The position numbers and the translations under genes are program-made. Below, one piece after another: positions 8,114 through 18,619 of a stretch of DNA of 64,000 nt. The notes beneath the pieces were generated by a model. The model was not told where the DNA came from and searched no databases. It saw nothing but the letters and a program-made list of their open reading frames with translations. Position 1 is the first letter of the stretch. The number at the start of each line of letters is the position of its first letter. The stretch covers positions 1,152,001 to 1,216,000 of the forward strand of contig JBJBDL010000003.1 of assembly GCA_047285305.1 (NCBI GenBank), in the 5' to 3' direction. The stretch is from Synechococcus sp. (GTDB lineage: Bacteria > Cyanobacteriota > Cyanobacteriia > PCC-6307 > Cyanobiaceae).

Positions 8114-8926
8114 CTACAGTTTAATTCTCATCCAGTCAATAGTTGTATCTGTATTACAGATAAACTTGGTGAGGCGGATTGCGCCAGATCCACAGGCAAT
8201 AACTGGCATCTCATTTTCAATTCGTATTACCGTTCCAGGTTTTGAAAATTCATTCACGACCTCTGATGAGATGATGTTTATACATCCATAAATATCAGAT
8301 CTTATGCTTGCGGTGTACGTGGGTGATTTAAATGGGTGATATGACCCAGCCCTTATAAAGTTTCTGACATGAGTTGCAGATTTGGACCAATCAATTGAAG
8401 AAGAAAGAGCATCTTTGTGAGTAAAATTAATTCTTTTACTTAGATCTTGAGGAGTTCTTGTTAGAGGCTCACCACTAATAAGTTTTTCGGCAAAAATCTT
8501 CATTAAATCAAGCCCTTCACGCTTGGTTTTTTGAAATAGTGAAAGACCAGTATCATCATTTGTGATTTTTATATGTTTCTCAAGGACAATATCGCCTGCA
8601 TCGACATCAACACACATATGATGAATAGTTACTGCGGTCGAAGTTTCCCCATTTCTGATGGCCCACTGATGAACATGTATCCCTGCATATTCAGGTAGTT
8701 TTCCATTGTGAACATTAAATGCCCTTCCCTCAAATCTCTCCAAAATATGAGGCTTAATTATATGAGGGCTAAAATAATTCAAAAGGACGTCTGTTTCTGG
8801 CAGCAAAAAGTTTTCATAATTGATCTGTTTGGAAAGTATTGGACTGAAAGAAGCGGCAACCGTTCCACCATGTTTCTCAATGTGGGACACAAGGCTTTGG
8901 GCTTCACCAAGGATCAGAAACCTCAT
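8114..8926 (-). CDS. Formyltransferase (Fmt/ArnA-like)
   Basis: NVHNGKLPEYAG...WAIRNGE...TIH...VDAGDIV; C-terminal IDWS...ACGSG. Confidence 0.88.
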   Translation of the reverse strand: MRFLILGEAQSLVSHIEKHGGTVAASFSPILSKQINYENFLLPETDVLLNYFSPHIIKPHILERFEGRAFNVHNGKLPEYAGIHVHQWAIRNGETSTAVTIHHMCVDVDAGDIVLEKHIKITNDDTGLSLFQKTKREGLDLMKIFAEKLISGEPLTRTPQDLSKRINFTHKDALSSSIDWSKSATHVRNFIRAGSYHPFKSPTYTASIRSDIYGCINIISSEVVNEFSKPGTVIRIENEMPVIACGSGAIRLTKFICNTDTTIDWMRIKL

Positions 8927-9207
8927 TGCTCGATGCTTTTACTTTGTTCATTATTTTGAATGACAATTGCAGAGACAATGCTGCCCAAAGTTTGTAAATC
9001 AGTATCATCAATTATTGATAAATCAAACTCCAATTCGAGTGAACTGCAAAGGTCAGTTATGAGTTGTATAAACTCAAATGAATCGATAATTCCAGAGCCA
9101 AGTAAATCAAAATCACTTGGGATCTCAGCATCCCTTAAACCTGCTTTTGATAAGCGGTCACCCATTATCAGAATAAATTTGTCGTATACTACTTTATAGC
9201 TAGCCAT
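8923..9207 (-). CDS. Acyl/aminoacyl carrier protein
   Basis: GIIDSFEFIQL phosphopantetheine Ser motif; acidic 94 aa. Confidence 0.85.
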   Translation of the reverse strand: MASYKVVYDKFILIMGDRLSKAGLRDAEIPSDFDLLGSGIIDSFEFIQLITDLCSSLELEFDLSIIDDTDLQTLGSIVSAIVIQNNEQSKSIEQ

Positions 9208-9221
9208 TAATAGTTAGGGAG

Positions 9222-10682
9222 TCATAAGTTGCCAATTAATTTTAGCGCATTTGAATCTATTTTGCCGTTTGAGTTTCTAGGAAATTTATCAATCAAAATA
9301 AACTTGCTGGGTAATGCGTAATGGGGCAAGTGCAATGAAGCTAACTTGCGAATATCATCTAGCAGCACACTGGACTTTAAGATTAAAAATGAAAATATTT
9401 CACCATCCTTGAATACAGAATAGCTGTCTAGATCAAACAAATTCTTAAAAATAAAATCGATTTCATCGAGTTCAATTCGGTATCCTTTAACTTTGACTTG
9501 TCTATCTATTCTGCAACTGAAAAAGTTGTGGCCGTTGAGGTTTTTTGACCAGTCGCCCGTTCGATAGCAATTAACTGAAGATCCGTTAGTAATTAATTTA
9601 ACAAATGACATTTCAGTTTTTTCACTATCATTCCAGTATCCCAAAGATACCTGCGGTCCTGACACGTATATTTCTCCCTCAAAGGCATCCGACCCTCCAA
9701 CTAGATGCATCTGCATTCCAGGAATAGCATTACCGATCGAAACAGCATTATTATTACAGGCCTGTTCATAATTTTCCTTTGTTAATCTGGCTAGTGTAAA
9801 AGAAACAGTTGCTTCGGTTGGGCCATATGTATTGTGCACGACTGCATCAGGACATATTTTAAATAAATATTCAAGCTGACTTTTTTGCAGAGTTTCGCCA
9901 CAAAATGAAAGCAATCTGAGGGACGATAAGGTTTCTTGTGTTACATTTTTCTGCAACGAGAATAAGTCTATTGCACTTGGTACGGAATTCCAGACTGTGA
10001 TCTTGTTTTTCCTGATGTAATTTACAGCTGAAAGTTTATTTATTTGCGTCATTGGAAATAATGTTGCGCCAGAACATAGTGCCCCGTAAATATCTAGAAC
10101 AGAAAGGTCAAAACCTATATTTGAATGTTGACTACAATTATCATTTTCACTAAGAGCCATTGCCCGAATTGACCATTCAACGAAGTGAGCTAATGATTCT
10201 CTACTTATCATCACACCTTTTGGAGCACCTGTAGAACCAGAAGTGAATATTACGTAGGCAAGTTTTGAAGGTTTTATTTTATTGGTCAATCGTGGTATCC
10301 CTATCATCTCATCAACTAAAAGAAATTTATAGTCTTTATTCCTGCCTATTTCATTTAAGTATTTTGAGGATGTTATTATAATATCTGGGTTGAAGATTTT
10401 GCGTATATTGTTATTCCTTTCTGTTGCAGAGTGAATATTAATCGGGGTATATACGGCACCCGCCTGAAGCGAGGCCATCATGCTTGCATATGCCTCGATC
10501 GACTGTGGCAGGTGGATAAGTACTTTTTGGTTTTTTCCTAATGAGATTATTTGTGACGCTATTTGACTAGATAGAACTAGAAGACCATGATATGAAATTG
10601 ATCTTTCTTTTTCAACGATTGCAAGTTTAGCTGGGACTTTGCATGCTTGATAAGCAAATAGTTCGTATGGATCTTTACACAT
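9222..10682 (-). CDS. Stand-alone amino-acid adenylation enzyme (DltA-like)
   Basis: YVIFTSGSTGAPKGV, FDLSV, NTYGPTE, YRTGD, PRNSNGKID motifs. Confidence 0.9.
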   Translation of the reverse strand: MCKDPYELFAYQACKVPAKLAIVEKERSISYHGLLVLSSQIASQIISLGKNQKVLIHLPQSIEAYASMMASLQAGAVYTPINIHSATERNNNIRKIFNPDIIITSSKYLNEIGRNKDYKFLLVDEMIGIPRLTNKIKPSKLAYVIFTSGSTGAPKGVMISRESLAHFVEWSIRAMALSENDNCSQHSNIGFDLSVLDIYGALCSGATLFPMTQINKLSAVNYIRKNKITVWNSVPSAIDLFSLQKNVTQETLSSLRLLSFCGETLQKSQLEYLFKICPDAVVHNTYGPTEATVSFTLARLTKENYEQACNNNAVSIGNAIPGMQMHLVGGSDAFEGEIYVSGPQVSLGYWNDSEKTEMSFVKLITNGSSVNCYRTGDWSKNLNGHNFFSCRIDRQVKVKGYRIELDEIDFIFKNLFDLDSYSVFKDGEIFSFLILKSSVLLDDIRKLASLHLPHYALPSKFILIDKFPRNSNGKIDSNALKLIGNL

Positions 10683-10683
10683 G

Positions 10684-11445
10684 TTATTGCAAGTGCTCAA
10701 TGAGAATGCTTGGTTCAGAACTGAGCAGCTCCGAAACTTTTTTGAAAAGTAAATCAAGATTAACTAGTCGACTAGTCACACCGCTAATTGAACTTGTGGA
10801 TCCTACATTACTATGTTGTAATATCTGTTCAAGCCTATTCAAATTTGTCTTGGAGGATCCTTTTTTTCCATAGTACTTAACGTTTATTTCCTCAATTTTT
10901 CCTTCATTGCTCATAATTTTTCTTGGTAGTTCTATCCATTCCCTGTATGAAACTCCCCTGCACGCCTCGACATGATGGATGAAGGTGCCTCCTTGCTGAA
11001 AAGTGGCACCCAGAAGCAATAAGTAGAAGTGATTTTGCATCATCGCATCAAAAAATGATCCCTTTCCAATGGATATTTCTGGGTTTGCCGACATGAGAGT
11101 ATGCGATAAAGGGCCATCAATTTGGTGATTATGAATTGGACATAATGTACGAACAGAATTTGGTAGGTTCATTACATAGTTTGAAAGTGCACCCATCCCA
11201 ACAGCCTTTGTTTTGAGCGGATCGTAAATGTCCTCGCTGCTTAGGGTAAAGTTGTAGGTTGGAACTACTATTGTTGATTTCTTTCCGATAACTTCTCTTA
11301 TTAACTCATATACGCGTTTTACTCCACCCTCTATATTTCCGAATCTTATCAAACTACTATGAATGCATAGGTTCATTCCTTCCTTTACACCTAATGCTTT
11401 CAAGTGCAACTTGATACTATCGGTTGTAGTTGTGTTTACATTCAC
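10684..11445 (-). CDS. AAC(3)-family N-acyltransferase
   Basis: HSSLIRFG, TIVVPTY, MGALS, LLLG...TFIHHVE. Confidence 0.85.
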   Translation of the reverse strand: MNVNTTTTDSIKLHLKALGVKEGMNLCIHSSLIRFGNIEGGVKRVYELIREVIGKKSTIVVPTYNFTLSSEDIYDPLKTKAVGMGALSNYVMNLPNSVRTLCPIHNHQIDGPLSHTLMSANPEISIGKGSFFDAMMQNHFYLLLLGATFQQGGTFIHHVEACRGVSYREWIELPRKIMSNEGKIEEINVKYYGKKGSSKTNLNRLEQILQHSNVGSTSSISGVTSRLVNLDLLFKKVSELLSSEPSILIEHLQ

Positions 11446-12091
11446 TTGTGACTAAAAGAATTTGAACGATTGAACATAGATCTCATTCCCTTGAATTAAA
11501 AAAATATAATCCTTTTAACTTGATTTGACTGTTGCATGTTTTGCTTTAATTTGCACTATTGAATTTATTCTGTTCGAAGCTTCACCTATCATAACACATG
11601 AGAACATCATTTTTGACTTGATGATGAAGTGCTTTCATGCTGCTTTCTTTCCGCAGCAGATGTAGTGACAAATGGTTAATACTAGCAATATTGCGTTTTA
11701 TCCTTCATTGCATCTCTTGCTACACACATGTGGATGTTCTCCTCTGATTTAGCTAAACGGTTCTACGTAGTCCATGTCATCCATAAGTACTTCCAAAATG
11801 ATGGATAGTTGTTGATGCTGGTGTTTGTTGTTCGTGTCGATATGAATTACTTAGGTTATAGCTCTAACATTTAAGAGTGTGATGGTTTTACGACTGCCTT
11901 AGCATAAAATATTGCCATTATCATATTATTTTCATCTTGAAAAAGCCTCATAGAATCAATGTCTATATATATCTTCCATCCTTTTGATTTCAGACTGGTT
12001 TTATCCCCAAAGAATATTACTACACTGCAGCCTTCTTATTTATTTCTATCGTCAGCTTTTGGGTGGGTTTAAGATCAATAATTAATTTGAC

Positions 12092-13462
12092 TTAAATCTT
12101 TTTAATGAAGAAGACATTTGAATCTCTTATCTTCTCGACTTTGAAATTTCCCTCGATGTTCAATGCGTAGCATGCATTAATCAATCTGTCCTGGATTTGC
12201 TCTTCAGTGTAGTATTTTGATTTCTCCTGGCGAGGCATATCACTCGCTATATATTTTTGGAGTTTTAAGTATATTCTTTCATCAACGTATTCATTATTAA
12301 CCGTATTGTGCTTTTCCAGGTCTTTCATTATTTCCTTGAGACTAGAAACTGTTTCAAGTTTTTGAATTTCACTCAAATATTTGTTCGCTTTTTCAGTATC
12401 TACTAATTTCATGTTAATGTCCAGCAATTCTTTTGTTCCATAGTTGTCTAGGGTTTTCTCAAGTGATGTAGCCCTCTTTTTTATAGACTGCATTATCGTT
12501 GCAACCTCTTCTTGCGTTTGAGGCTTATATGTGCACATTTTATAGCTTTGTCCTAGTTCTCTTTTGTCCTTTACGACTTTGCTAATGTCTACTGTCTGTA
12601 TACCAGCAAGTGTTGCTTCCATTCCTATCGAACAGCCACTGTGTAGAACTACCTTTGATCCAAATATCCATGGCAATATTGATCCTGTACTTATAATTGT
12701 GATATTTCTGCGCTCCTTTACAAGTAGATCCCATATCTTTTTACTTCCTTGAGGGTGAGGTCGAAATATAATATTTTCTTCTGGCAATAAAATCCCTATA
12801 CCTGAAACAAAATTTGAAAAATTTACCGCAAATTTTCCAGTCTCGGCGTCTATATTTATCTTATCTTTTATTAGAAACTTTTCCGCGTACCTCGCAGGAA
12901 GTATGTTGTCCGATATTAAACTATAGTTGCCGAACATTAGTCTTATGCTTTCTGTTTCTTTCTTGTAGTAGCGTTGTCCTATTGGCCCACACATTTCTAT
13001 TCTTGTATTTCCCACTATCTTGAATTTATTTTTTAGTTTATCTCTCAGCTCATTTGGGCAGACATAATTTAAGACTAGTTCTTCCTCCAGCGAGTTCCAT
13101 GCATATACGCATGATGTTGCAGCAATGCTTTCTTCAGTTATCTCGTCCCCCTCAGCCAAATAATCGTCTTTTCTGGCCTCAATATCATTGATACCTTCTT
13201 CAAAAATTAATCCTACATATCCTCCATTATCTATTATTGGTTTGTACCAGCTTTCCGTTCTAAGCTTATTGTATATTGGCCTTCCCGCACCTATATGAAA
13301 TATTTTCTTTTCTTCCTTGTATATTGGAGACATATTATATTCGTGTCCCAGAATTACTAGATTGTCTTTATTAGCCGCGAGTGCCGCTAATAGTATTCTA
13401 CTGTCAAGTTCGCGGTTCCATACATGTAGTGGAAGTGCCACAATCCCCTTAAACTGATTCAT
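12092..13462 (-). CDS. Surface carbohydrate biosynthesis protein (TIGR04396-like), paralog 1
   Basis: RELDSRILLA, VGNTRIE, IFRPHPQ, VLHSGCSIGMEA. Confidence 0.75.
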   Translation of the reverse strand: MNQFKGIVALPLHVWNRELDSRILLAALAANKDNLVILGHEYNMSPIYKEEKKIFHIGAGRPIYNKLRTESWYKPIIDNGGYVGLIFEEGINDIEARKDDYLAEGDEITEESIAATSCVYAWNSLEEELVLNYVCPNELRDKLKNKFKIVGNTRIEMCGPIGQRYYKKETESIRLMFGNYSLISDNILPARYAEKFLIKDKINIDAETGKFAVNFSNFVSGIGILLPEENIIFRPHPQGSKKIWDLLVKERRNITIISTGSILPWIFGSKVVLHSGCSIGMEATLAGIQTVDISKVVKDKRELGQSYKMCTYKPQTQEEVATIMQSIKKRATSLEKTLDNYGTKELLDINMKLVDTEKANKYLSEIQKLETVSSLKEIMKDLEKHNTVNNEYVDERIYLKLQKYIASDMPRQEKSKYYTEEQIQDRLINACYALNIEGNFKVEKIRDSNVFFIKKI

Positions 13463-13883
13463 TCAAATGAATTTACTTTTCTAAATCTTAGCATGCAATT
13501 ACTTTTTCTTTTTTCTCGTTGCTTTTTGATTGTATCCTTCCCTATCAGCTTTATTTTCTTTGGTTCATCTTTTTGAAGTTGCCTGAGAATGAGTTCTTTA
13601 TTTTCAGTCTTTTCATCTCTGCTGTGCTTCATGTTCTGGGGATAACGAAGAGTTTTCTGTACCATCAGACTTTTTTGCTCTAGGTCTATCCAATTATGTT
13701 TTTTGAAGGTATTATGTAATATAATCTATTTTTGTCAGCCAATTTGTGGGACTTCCTGTCTACTGTATGGCCGCTCTATTTTTAGTGTTTGCATTGCATC
13801 AACTTTAGGCAGGTACATTTTTGCTATAAATCTTTCGAATCTTAGCTGTTGTATGCTTGTGTTGGCATTTCTTTTTTTATGGG

Positions 13884-15236
13884 TTATGCTTTGTTTATAA
13901 AAAAGACGTTTGATTTTCCGACCAATTTAGCTTCAATCTTGTCTTTAATATTCAAGGCATTGCATGCCCAGTTTAATCTCTCTTGAATTTCTTCTTCTGC
14001 ATAGTATCTGGATTTTTCAGGATTTGGAACGTATCTCTTTATTGCACTCTGGAATTCAACGTATATCTTTTCGGTGATATCCTTTTCATTAGGACCACTG
14101 AACTGGTCTAAATCCTTCATTATTTCTTTTAAGCTAGATGTTTTTTCAAATCTCTGGCTTTCACTTGTGTACTTACTCACTCTTTCTGTATTTACTAATT
14201 TCATATTAATATCTAGCAAGGTATATGCTTCATAGTTGTCTAGGGTTCTTGATAGTGATGAATCGTCTGATCTCTGAGTTCTGATTAAAGTTGCGGCTTC
14301 TTCAAGCGTTTTTGGTTTATATGTACACATTTTATGGCTTTGCCCGAGTTCTCTTTCGTCGTTTATCATTTTGCTTATATCCATCGTTTTCTTTCCAGCC
14401 AGTGTTGCTTCCATTCCTATAGTGCACCCGCTATGTAGAGCTAACTTGGATCCATGTATCCATGGTAATACTGACCCTCCGCCTATAACTATTAGGTTTC
14501 TCCTTTCTCTTACTAATACATCCCACAATTTCTTGCTGCTTTGTGGGTGAGGTCTCAATATTACATTTTCTTTCTGCACTAGGTCGCATACGTCCGACAC
14601 GAAATTTGCAAAATTTTTAGCTAGCCTTAATCTTTTGTTCGCTTTGGTGGTCATTTGTCCAAATCTTACAGGAACCATATTGTCTGATGCCAGGTGATAT
14701 TCGCCAAATATTCTTCTTATGCTCTCTATTTGCTTTTGAAAATATCGTTGGCCTATTGGGCCGCACAATTCTATTCTTGTGTTACCTACTATCTTAAATT
14801 TTTTTTCTAATTCCGTTCTCAGTTCTTCGGGGCACATTTCATTTATCACTATCTCCTTTTCTGCCTTGTTCCATGCATATACACACGATGTAGTCGCGAT
14901 GCTTTCTTTGTTTATCTTGTCTTCAGGGCCCAAATACTTGCGTCCTTTTCTCTCGATATCGTTGACTCCTTCTTCGAAGATTAAGCCTACATAGCCTCCA
15001 TTGTTGATTATCGATCTATACCAAACCTGTGTTCTAAGTTTGTTGAATATTGGTCTTCCTGCCCCTATGTGAAATATTTTATTCTTTGTTTTGTATATTG
15101 GAGCCATGTTGTATTCATGTCCCAATATTACCAAATTATTTTTGCTTGCTGCAAGCGCTGCCAAAAGTATTCTGCTGTCAAGTTCTCTGTCCCATACATG
15201 CAGTGGTAGCGCTACAATTCCCTTAAATGAATTCAT
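13884..15236 (-). CDS. Surface carbohydrate biosynthesis protein (TIGR04396-like), paralog 2
   Basis: Colinear and highly similar to 12092-13462 over the full length. Confidence 0.75.
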   Translation of the reverse strand: MNSFKGIVALPLHVWDRELDSRILLAALAASKNNLVILGHEYNMAPIYKTKNKIFHIGAGRPIFNKLRTQVWYRSIINNGGYVGLIFEEGVNDIERKGRKYLGPEDKINKESIATTSCVYAWNKAEKEIVINEMCPEELRTELEKKFKIVGNTRIELCGPIGQRYFQKQIESIRRIFGEYHLASDNMVPVRFGQMTTKANKRLRLAKNFANFVSDVCDLVQKENVILRPHPQSSKKLWDVLVRERRNLIVIGGGSVLPWIHGSKLALHSGCTIGMEATLAGKKTMDISKMINDERELGQSHKMCTYKPKTLEEAATLIRTQRSDDSSLSRTLDNYEAYTLLDINMKLVNTERVSKYTSESQRFEKTSSLKEIMKDLDQFSGPNEKDITEKIYVEFQSAIKRYVPNPEKSRYYAEEEIQERLNWACNALNIKDKIEAKLVGKSNVFFINKA

Positions 15237-15414
15237 TTAGATGTTTCCTTTTTTAGATATTAGCACATTGGCCCTGGCTATGATCGAGTTCAACTATTAT
15301 TGCCGCACATGATTTTTTGAAAAATTTACCGAACATTCTTCTTCTTTGTTGATGGTGAAGTTTCTATACCAGCTTTGCTCCAGTCTGTTGAGGAGACAGA
15401 TGCAGAAGCGCTGA

Positions 15415-15747
15415 ATACTTCGACTTCAACTCAGTGCCTTCTGCACTGAAGTCGTACCGCCTGAGATCGTTGACGGAGCGGTAACAATCACCATTAACGA
15501 CACCCCTCTCACCAATCCCTCCTATTACTCGGTTGCAGACACGCAGGCTTATGAGGGTGACACCCTCTACCTCAAAGCCTCACGCACCGGAAACATCAAC
15601 CTCGCCCATGACCTCAGCCTCTCTCTGACGAACGGCACCGCCTTCCAGGGCTTTGACTTCATGCCGCCAACCGCCACCACCGACTCCAGCTGGAGTGCAG
15701 CAGCACTGGGCCACAACGTTTTTGGGGATGCTTCCAGGTTCTGGTGA
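15415..15747 (+). pseudogene. Calx-beta domain fragment of a large surface protein
   Basis: Open frame lacking a canonical start: VTITIND...YSVADTQAYEGDTLYLKASRTGN...SLTNGTAFQGFDF. Confidence 0.65.
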
Positions 15748-15817
15748 ACCTTGAAGGGGGGACACAAACGCCCACGTCTCTGATGGCACCCAAAAGAGAA
15801 GAGCTAAGAACGGCTAA

Positions 15818-16078
15818 ATGGCTCTGGCTGCCTTAAGGCAAGAGCTCTGTCATCAGGTCTCTTCCTCCCTCTCTGTCGTGCCATCAAGCCATAGAGCTCA
15901 ACCCCGTTTCTTGCGCCTTGCAGAGGTGCTTGAGATGACGGGGATGGGCAAGACCTTCATCTATGCCCGCGTGAAGGACGGAACCTTCCCCAAGCAGATC
16001 CAGTTGGGTTCTCGCACGGTCGTCTGGAGCCAGCAGGAGGTCATCAAGTGGATGGAAGACCGCATGGCATCCAGATGA
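15818..16078 (+). CDS. alpA: AlpA-family excisionase/regulator
   Basis: RFLRLAEVLEMTGMGKTFIYARVKDGTFPKQIQLGSRTVVW...EVIKWM. Confidence 0.9.
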   Translation: MALAALRQELCHQVSSSLSVVPSSHRAQPRFLRLAEVLEMTGMGKTFIYARVKDGTFPKQIQLGSRTVVWSQQEVIKWMEDRMASR

Positions 16079-16087
16079 TCCAGTTCA

Positions 16088-16200
16088 GGGTCGTTCGTAG
16101 GCGTTCGTGGATGTCCGCGATCTCGTGATGGGGTATGTGATGGGGTATTTGCCGACGATTTCGGAAAAATCGTTCGTAGCCGTTCGCTGAAGTGCGTCAG
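16088..16200 (+). repeat. Element right end: CGTTCG phased repeats and tandem GTGATGGGGTAT
   Basis: GTGATGGGGTAT twice in tandem; four CGTTCG repeats between alpA and the att copy. Confidence 0.65.
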
Positions 16201-16203
16201 GGA

Positions 16204-16228
16204 GTGAAATCGACTTTCACCCTCTCCG
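16204..16228 (+). repeat. att copy of tRNA-Ser 3' end
   Basis: GTGAA-ATCGACT-TTCAC-CCTCTCCG vs tRNA GTGGG-TTCGAAT-CCCAC-CCTCTCCG. Confidence 0.85.
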
Positions 16229-16393
16229 TATTTACTGCTTCCTAGGAAGTCCTCTGAAGTCCCATTCTCTAGTGAGGGTGGGACTTCTTAGCGTCTAGGT
16301 GGTCCTGGTTGGTCCCGTAAAGGGGCAGGATGTCCTGAAAATGTGCTGGTGGAAGTGTTGGTGGAAATAAGGGGTGTGTTGGTGGAATTCTGG

Positions 16394-16471
16394 GGTGCTC
16401 GTTCTGTGGTCTGGAAGCGTTCCCAGGTTGAAGACTGGTGCAACCAGAAAGTTTCTGCTGTTCTTGGTTGA
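16394..16471 (+). pseudogene. AlpA C-terminal fragment
   Basis: GARSVVWKRSQVEDWCNQK*. Confidence 0.7.
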
Positions 16472-16499
16472 TAACTCCGAGAGCAAGCATATTTTCACT

Positions 16500-17101
16500 T
16501 GCTTGTTAAAGACAAATGCGATTTCAAGAGAAACTTACAGAAAAAGAAATCTAATAGTGGTGCACGATGCCACTGCTAATAGTGCAAAAACTTTGATCAC
16601 TACTGATGCCGTAATAAGAGATGATTTACTGGGGCTTATGACTTATTGCATCGATAGATGCCGTCCAGGTTCAGTTGATGATCTATCGGTCTCAGTCAAT
16701 GGGAATCTTATGCCAAGTATTACCTATACTGAGCAGTATTGCCCTGACTGGGGAGTAGGTATGCACTCCCCCTTTGTTCACTCACATAATGAGGAACTAA
16801 TGGAATGCCAATGGCAATTGACTATCAACTTTATACGCAAGAACTACGAACTGAACACCTCAAGCAGCAAGAGACATTTTGTGATTTCTATTTTGATGAG
16901 GATTTACCCAAAGGTGAATGGGATGTATTCAATATCGCATCCCACGAGCCCAACCATTTTTCAATGATTGGGCTCGTGGCAGGGATATGGTGTGGGACAG
17001 CGAATAGTGAATGTAGCTTATTGCCCTCAATTTATCTGGGGCGATTTTTCGAGACAATTGATTCGTTATTTCGCTCTCGATTTGGTTTCGATGTAGGTTA
17101 G
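16500..17101 (+). pseudogene. Probable frameshifted or fragmented hypothetical gene
   Basis: Overlapping ORFs 16374-16967 and 16805-17101 with protein-like segments in successive frames. Confidence 0.3.
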
Positions 17102-17333
17102 GAACCTTAGGGTTTTTATGTTGACTTCCTAAAACAGCAATCCTGCAGTTATGGTAGTCATTGCAGGATTCTATTATCTATTCGAATTCACGGTCATTTT
17201 ACGGGTGCAGGGACAATTGAAGAGTTTTTCGATGGCCATTGGTCACTACCTCCACTGGTCAATGGGATCTCCTCATTTCCTTTCCAGTTTCGCGCTGATA
17301 GGTTTATAGTAGACTTCTCAAAAATGCATTAGC

Positions 17334-18227
17334 GTGTCTAGTATTTGCTTCTATGTTCATACTCCAAAGTGTGGTGGAAGTAGTGTGCAACATGCGTTAA
17401 GAGACCCAAGAGTCTTTCTAGTTAAAACTTCTGACATCAAAATTTCCGACGAAAGTTTCGATTCTCTATTTGTAAAGCAGGTTGACAGACCCCTGATAGT
17501 TCATGGTCACATTCACCATCTTGGTCGCAACCAACAGGAGGTTGATCCGGTTATTTATAGAAGATTTATGAGAGCATTGTATAATCAAATTCCAATGATA
17601 TTTCCCACTAGACACCCTGCTGATTTGGTTCAATCCTGGATGCACTATTCAAAAACGCGTGCCAATAGGATTCTCGCTGACATGATGAGTCAAGGCACCA
17701 CGGAAGTAAAGATATCTGGCAAAAATCTTGGAATGTTCACTCGTATTGCGCATTTGAAACAGAAGGACCTTCTACTAAAAGAAGGTCGAATCGTCCTCCG
17801 AAATCATACGATTAATCTTGCAGAAGAGAATGAAGAGGAAAATATGCATCTTTTTATTGATCACTTGCTTGGCGTAAGTAGTGATAAAAATACTCTGCGG
17901 TCTATGCAGAGTCAATTAATGGCACCTGCTCTCAGTTTGATTGGCGAAAAGATCAATCAGGGAGTGCCATATAAAATTATCCCGCCTCAATCAGACGATA
18001 CACGCCCTATTTTCTATTATGACTCACAGCATCTAACCGAGAGAGTCGCCAGAATACTTGACGATTATACTTTCCATGGTTTTAGTAATAAGTTGAGGAT
18101 GGCACGTGCAAATCCGAGCACTGATAAGCCCACTCTTCTTGCCTCTTCTATTAAAAGTGTGGATGAAAGGCTGATGACAATTATTCCTGGTGAGTACCGT
18201 ATTTATGCAATGGGTCTCGCCTCGTAG
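17334..18227 (+). CDS. Sulfotransferase-like protein, paralog 1
   Basis: FYVHTPKCGGSSV PAPS-binding-like loop; FPTRHP...LVQSW. Confidence 0.7.
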   Translation: MSSICFYVHTPKCGGSSVQHALRDPRVFLVKTSDIKISDESFDSLFVKQVDRPLIVHGHIHHLGRNQQEVDPVIYRRFMRALYNQIPMIFPTRHPADLVQSWMHYSKTRANRILADMMSQGTTEVKISGKNLGMFTRIAHLKQKDLLLKEGRIVLRNHTINLAEENEEENMHLFIDHLLGVSSDKNTLRSMQSQLMAPALSLIGEKINQGVPYKIIPPQSDDTRPIFYYDSQHLTERVARILDDYTFHGFSNKLRMARANPSTDKPTLLASSIKSVDERLMTIIPGEYRIYAMGLAS

Positions 18228-18406
18228 CATATTTAAATCTACTGCGTTTTAGTATTTCTCTTGAAGAAGCATCTTTTTTTATATTTAATCAGGGAGGGAG
18301 TGGCTTTATATTTTGTTCTTTTTTGTTGGCATTGATCCATGCATGGAGCGAACCCGGTCCCTGAATCGCTTTGCCATCCATGTGATCAGCATCTGTCCGT
18401 CCTCCT

Positions 18407-18532
18407 TTACTTCTCGCGGTTGAATGCAACCTGGATTGCTTCTTCAATGACTGCTTCTGGTTTCCTCTTGGTCTTCTTGGAAACCTCAATGAGCATTTCG
18501 TAATGCACGTTTGATATTTGGATTGATTTCAT
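18407..18532 (-). CDS. Tiny ribbon-helix-helix-like protein (41 aa, MKSIQISNVHYEMLIEVSKKTKRKPEAVIEEAIQ...)
   Basis: Manual translation; beta-helix-helix hydrophobic pattern. Confidence 0.4.
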   Translation of the reverse strand: MKSIQISNVHYEMLIEVSKKTKRKPEAVIEEAIQVAFNREK

Positions 18533-18619
18533 GCGATTGAATGCCTTTCACCTGCTTGATCTTTGCTCCAAGAGTTGGTCCGATAGCGTTCTATACGGTC
18601 TTTTGAGACTTATATGGAC

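Noticed and set aside
10684..11445. Aminoglycoside resistance gene
   Set aside because: Family-level similarity only; operon context with adenylation, ACP and formyltransferase genes points to biosynthesis
11446..12091. AT-rich 650 bp gap as a possible ncRNA or repeat
   Set aside because: No repeats, strong hairpins or ORF of 60 aa or more were seen
13459..13880. Small Lys-rich ORF between the two surface-carbohydrate paralogs
   Set aside because: AT-rich, low complexity and no motif; may be gene debris but cannot be supported
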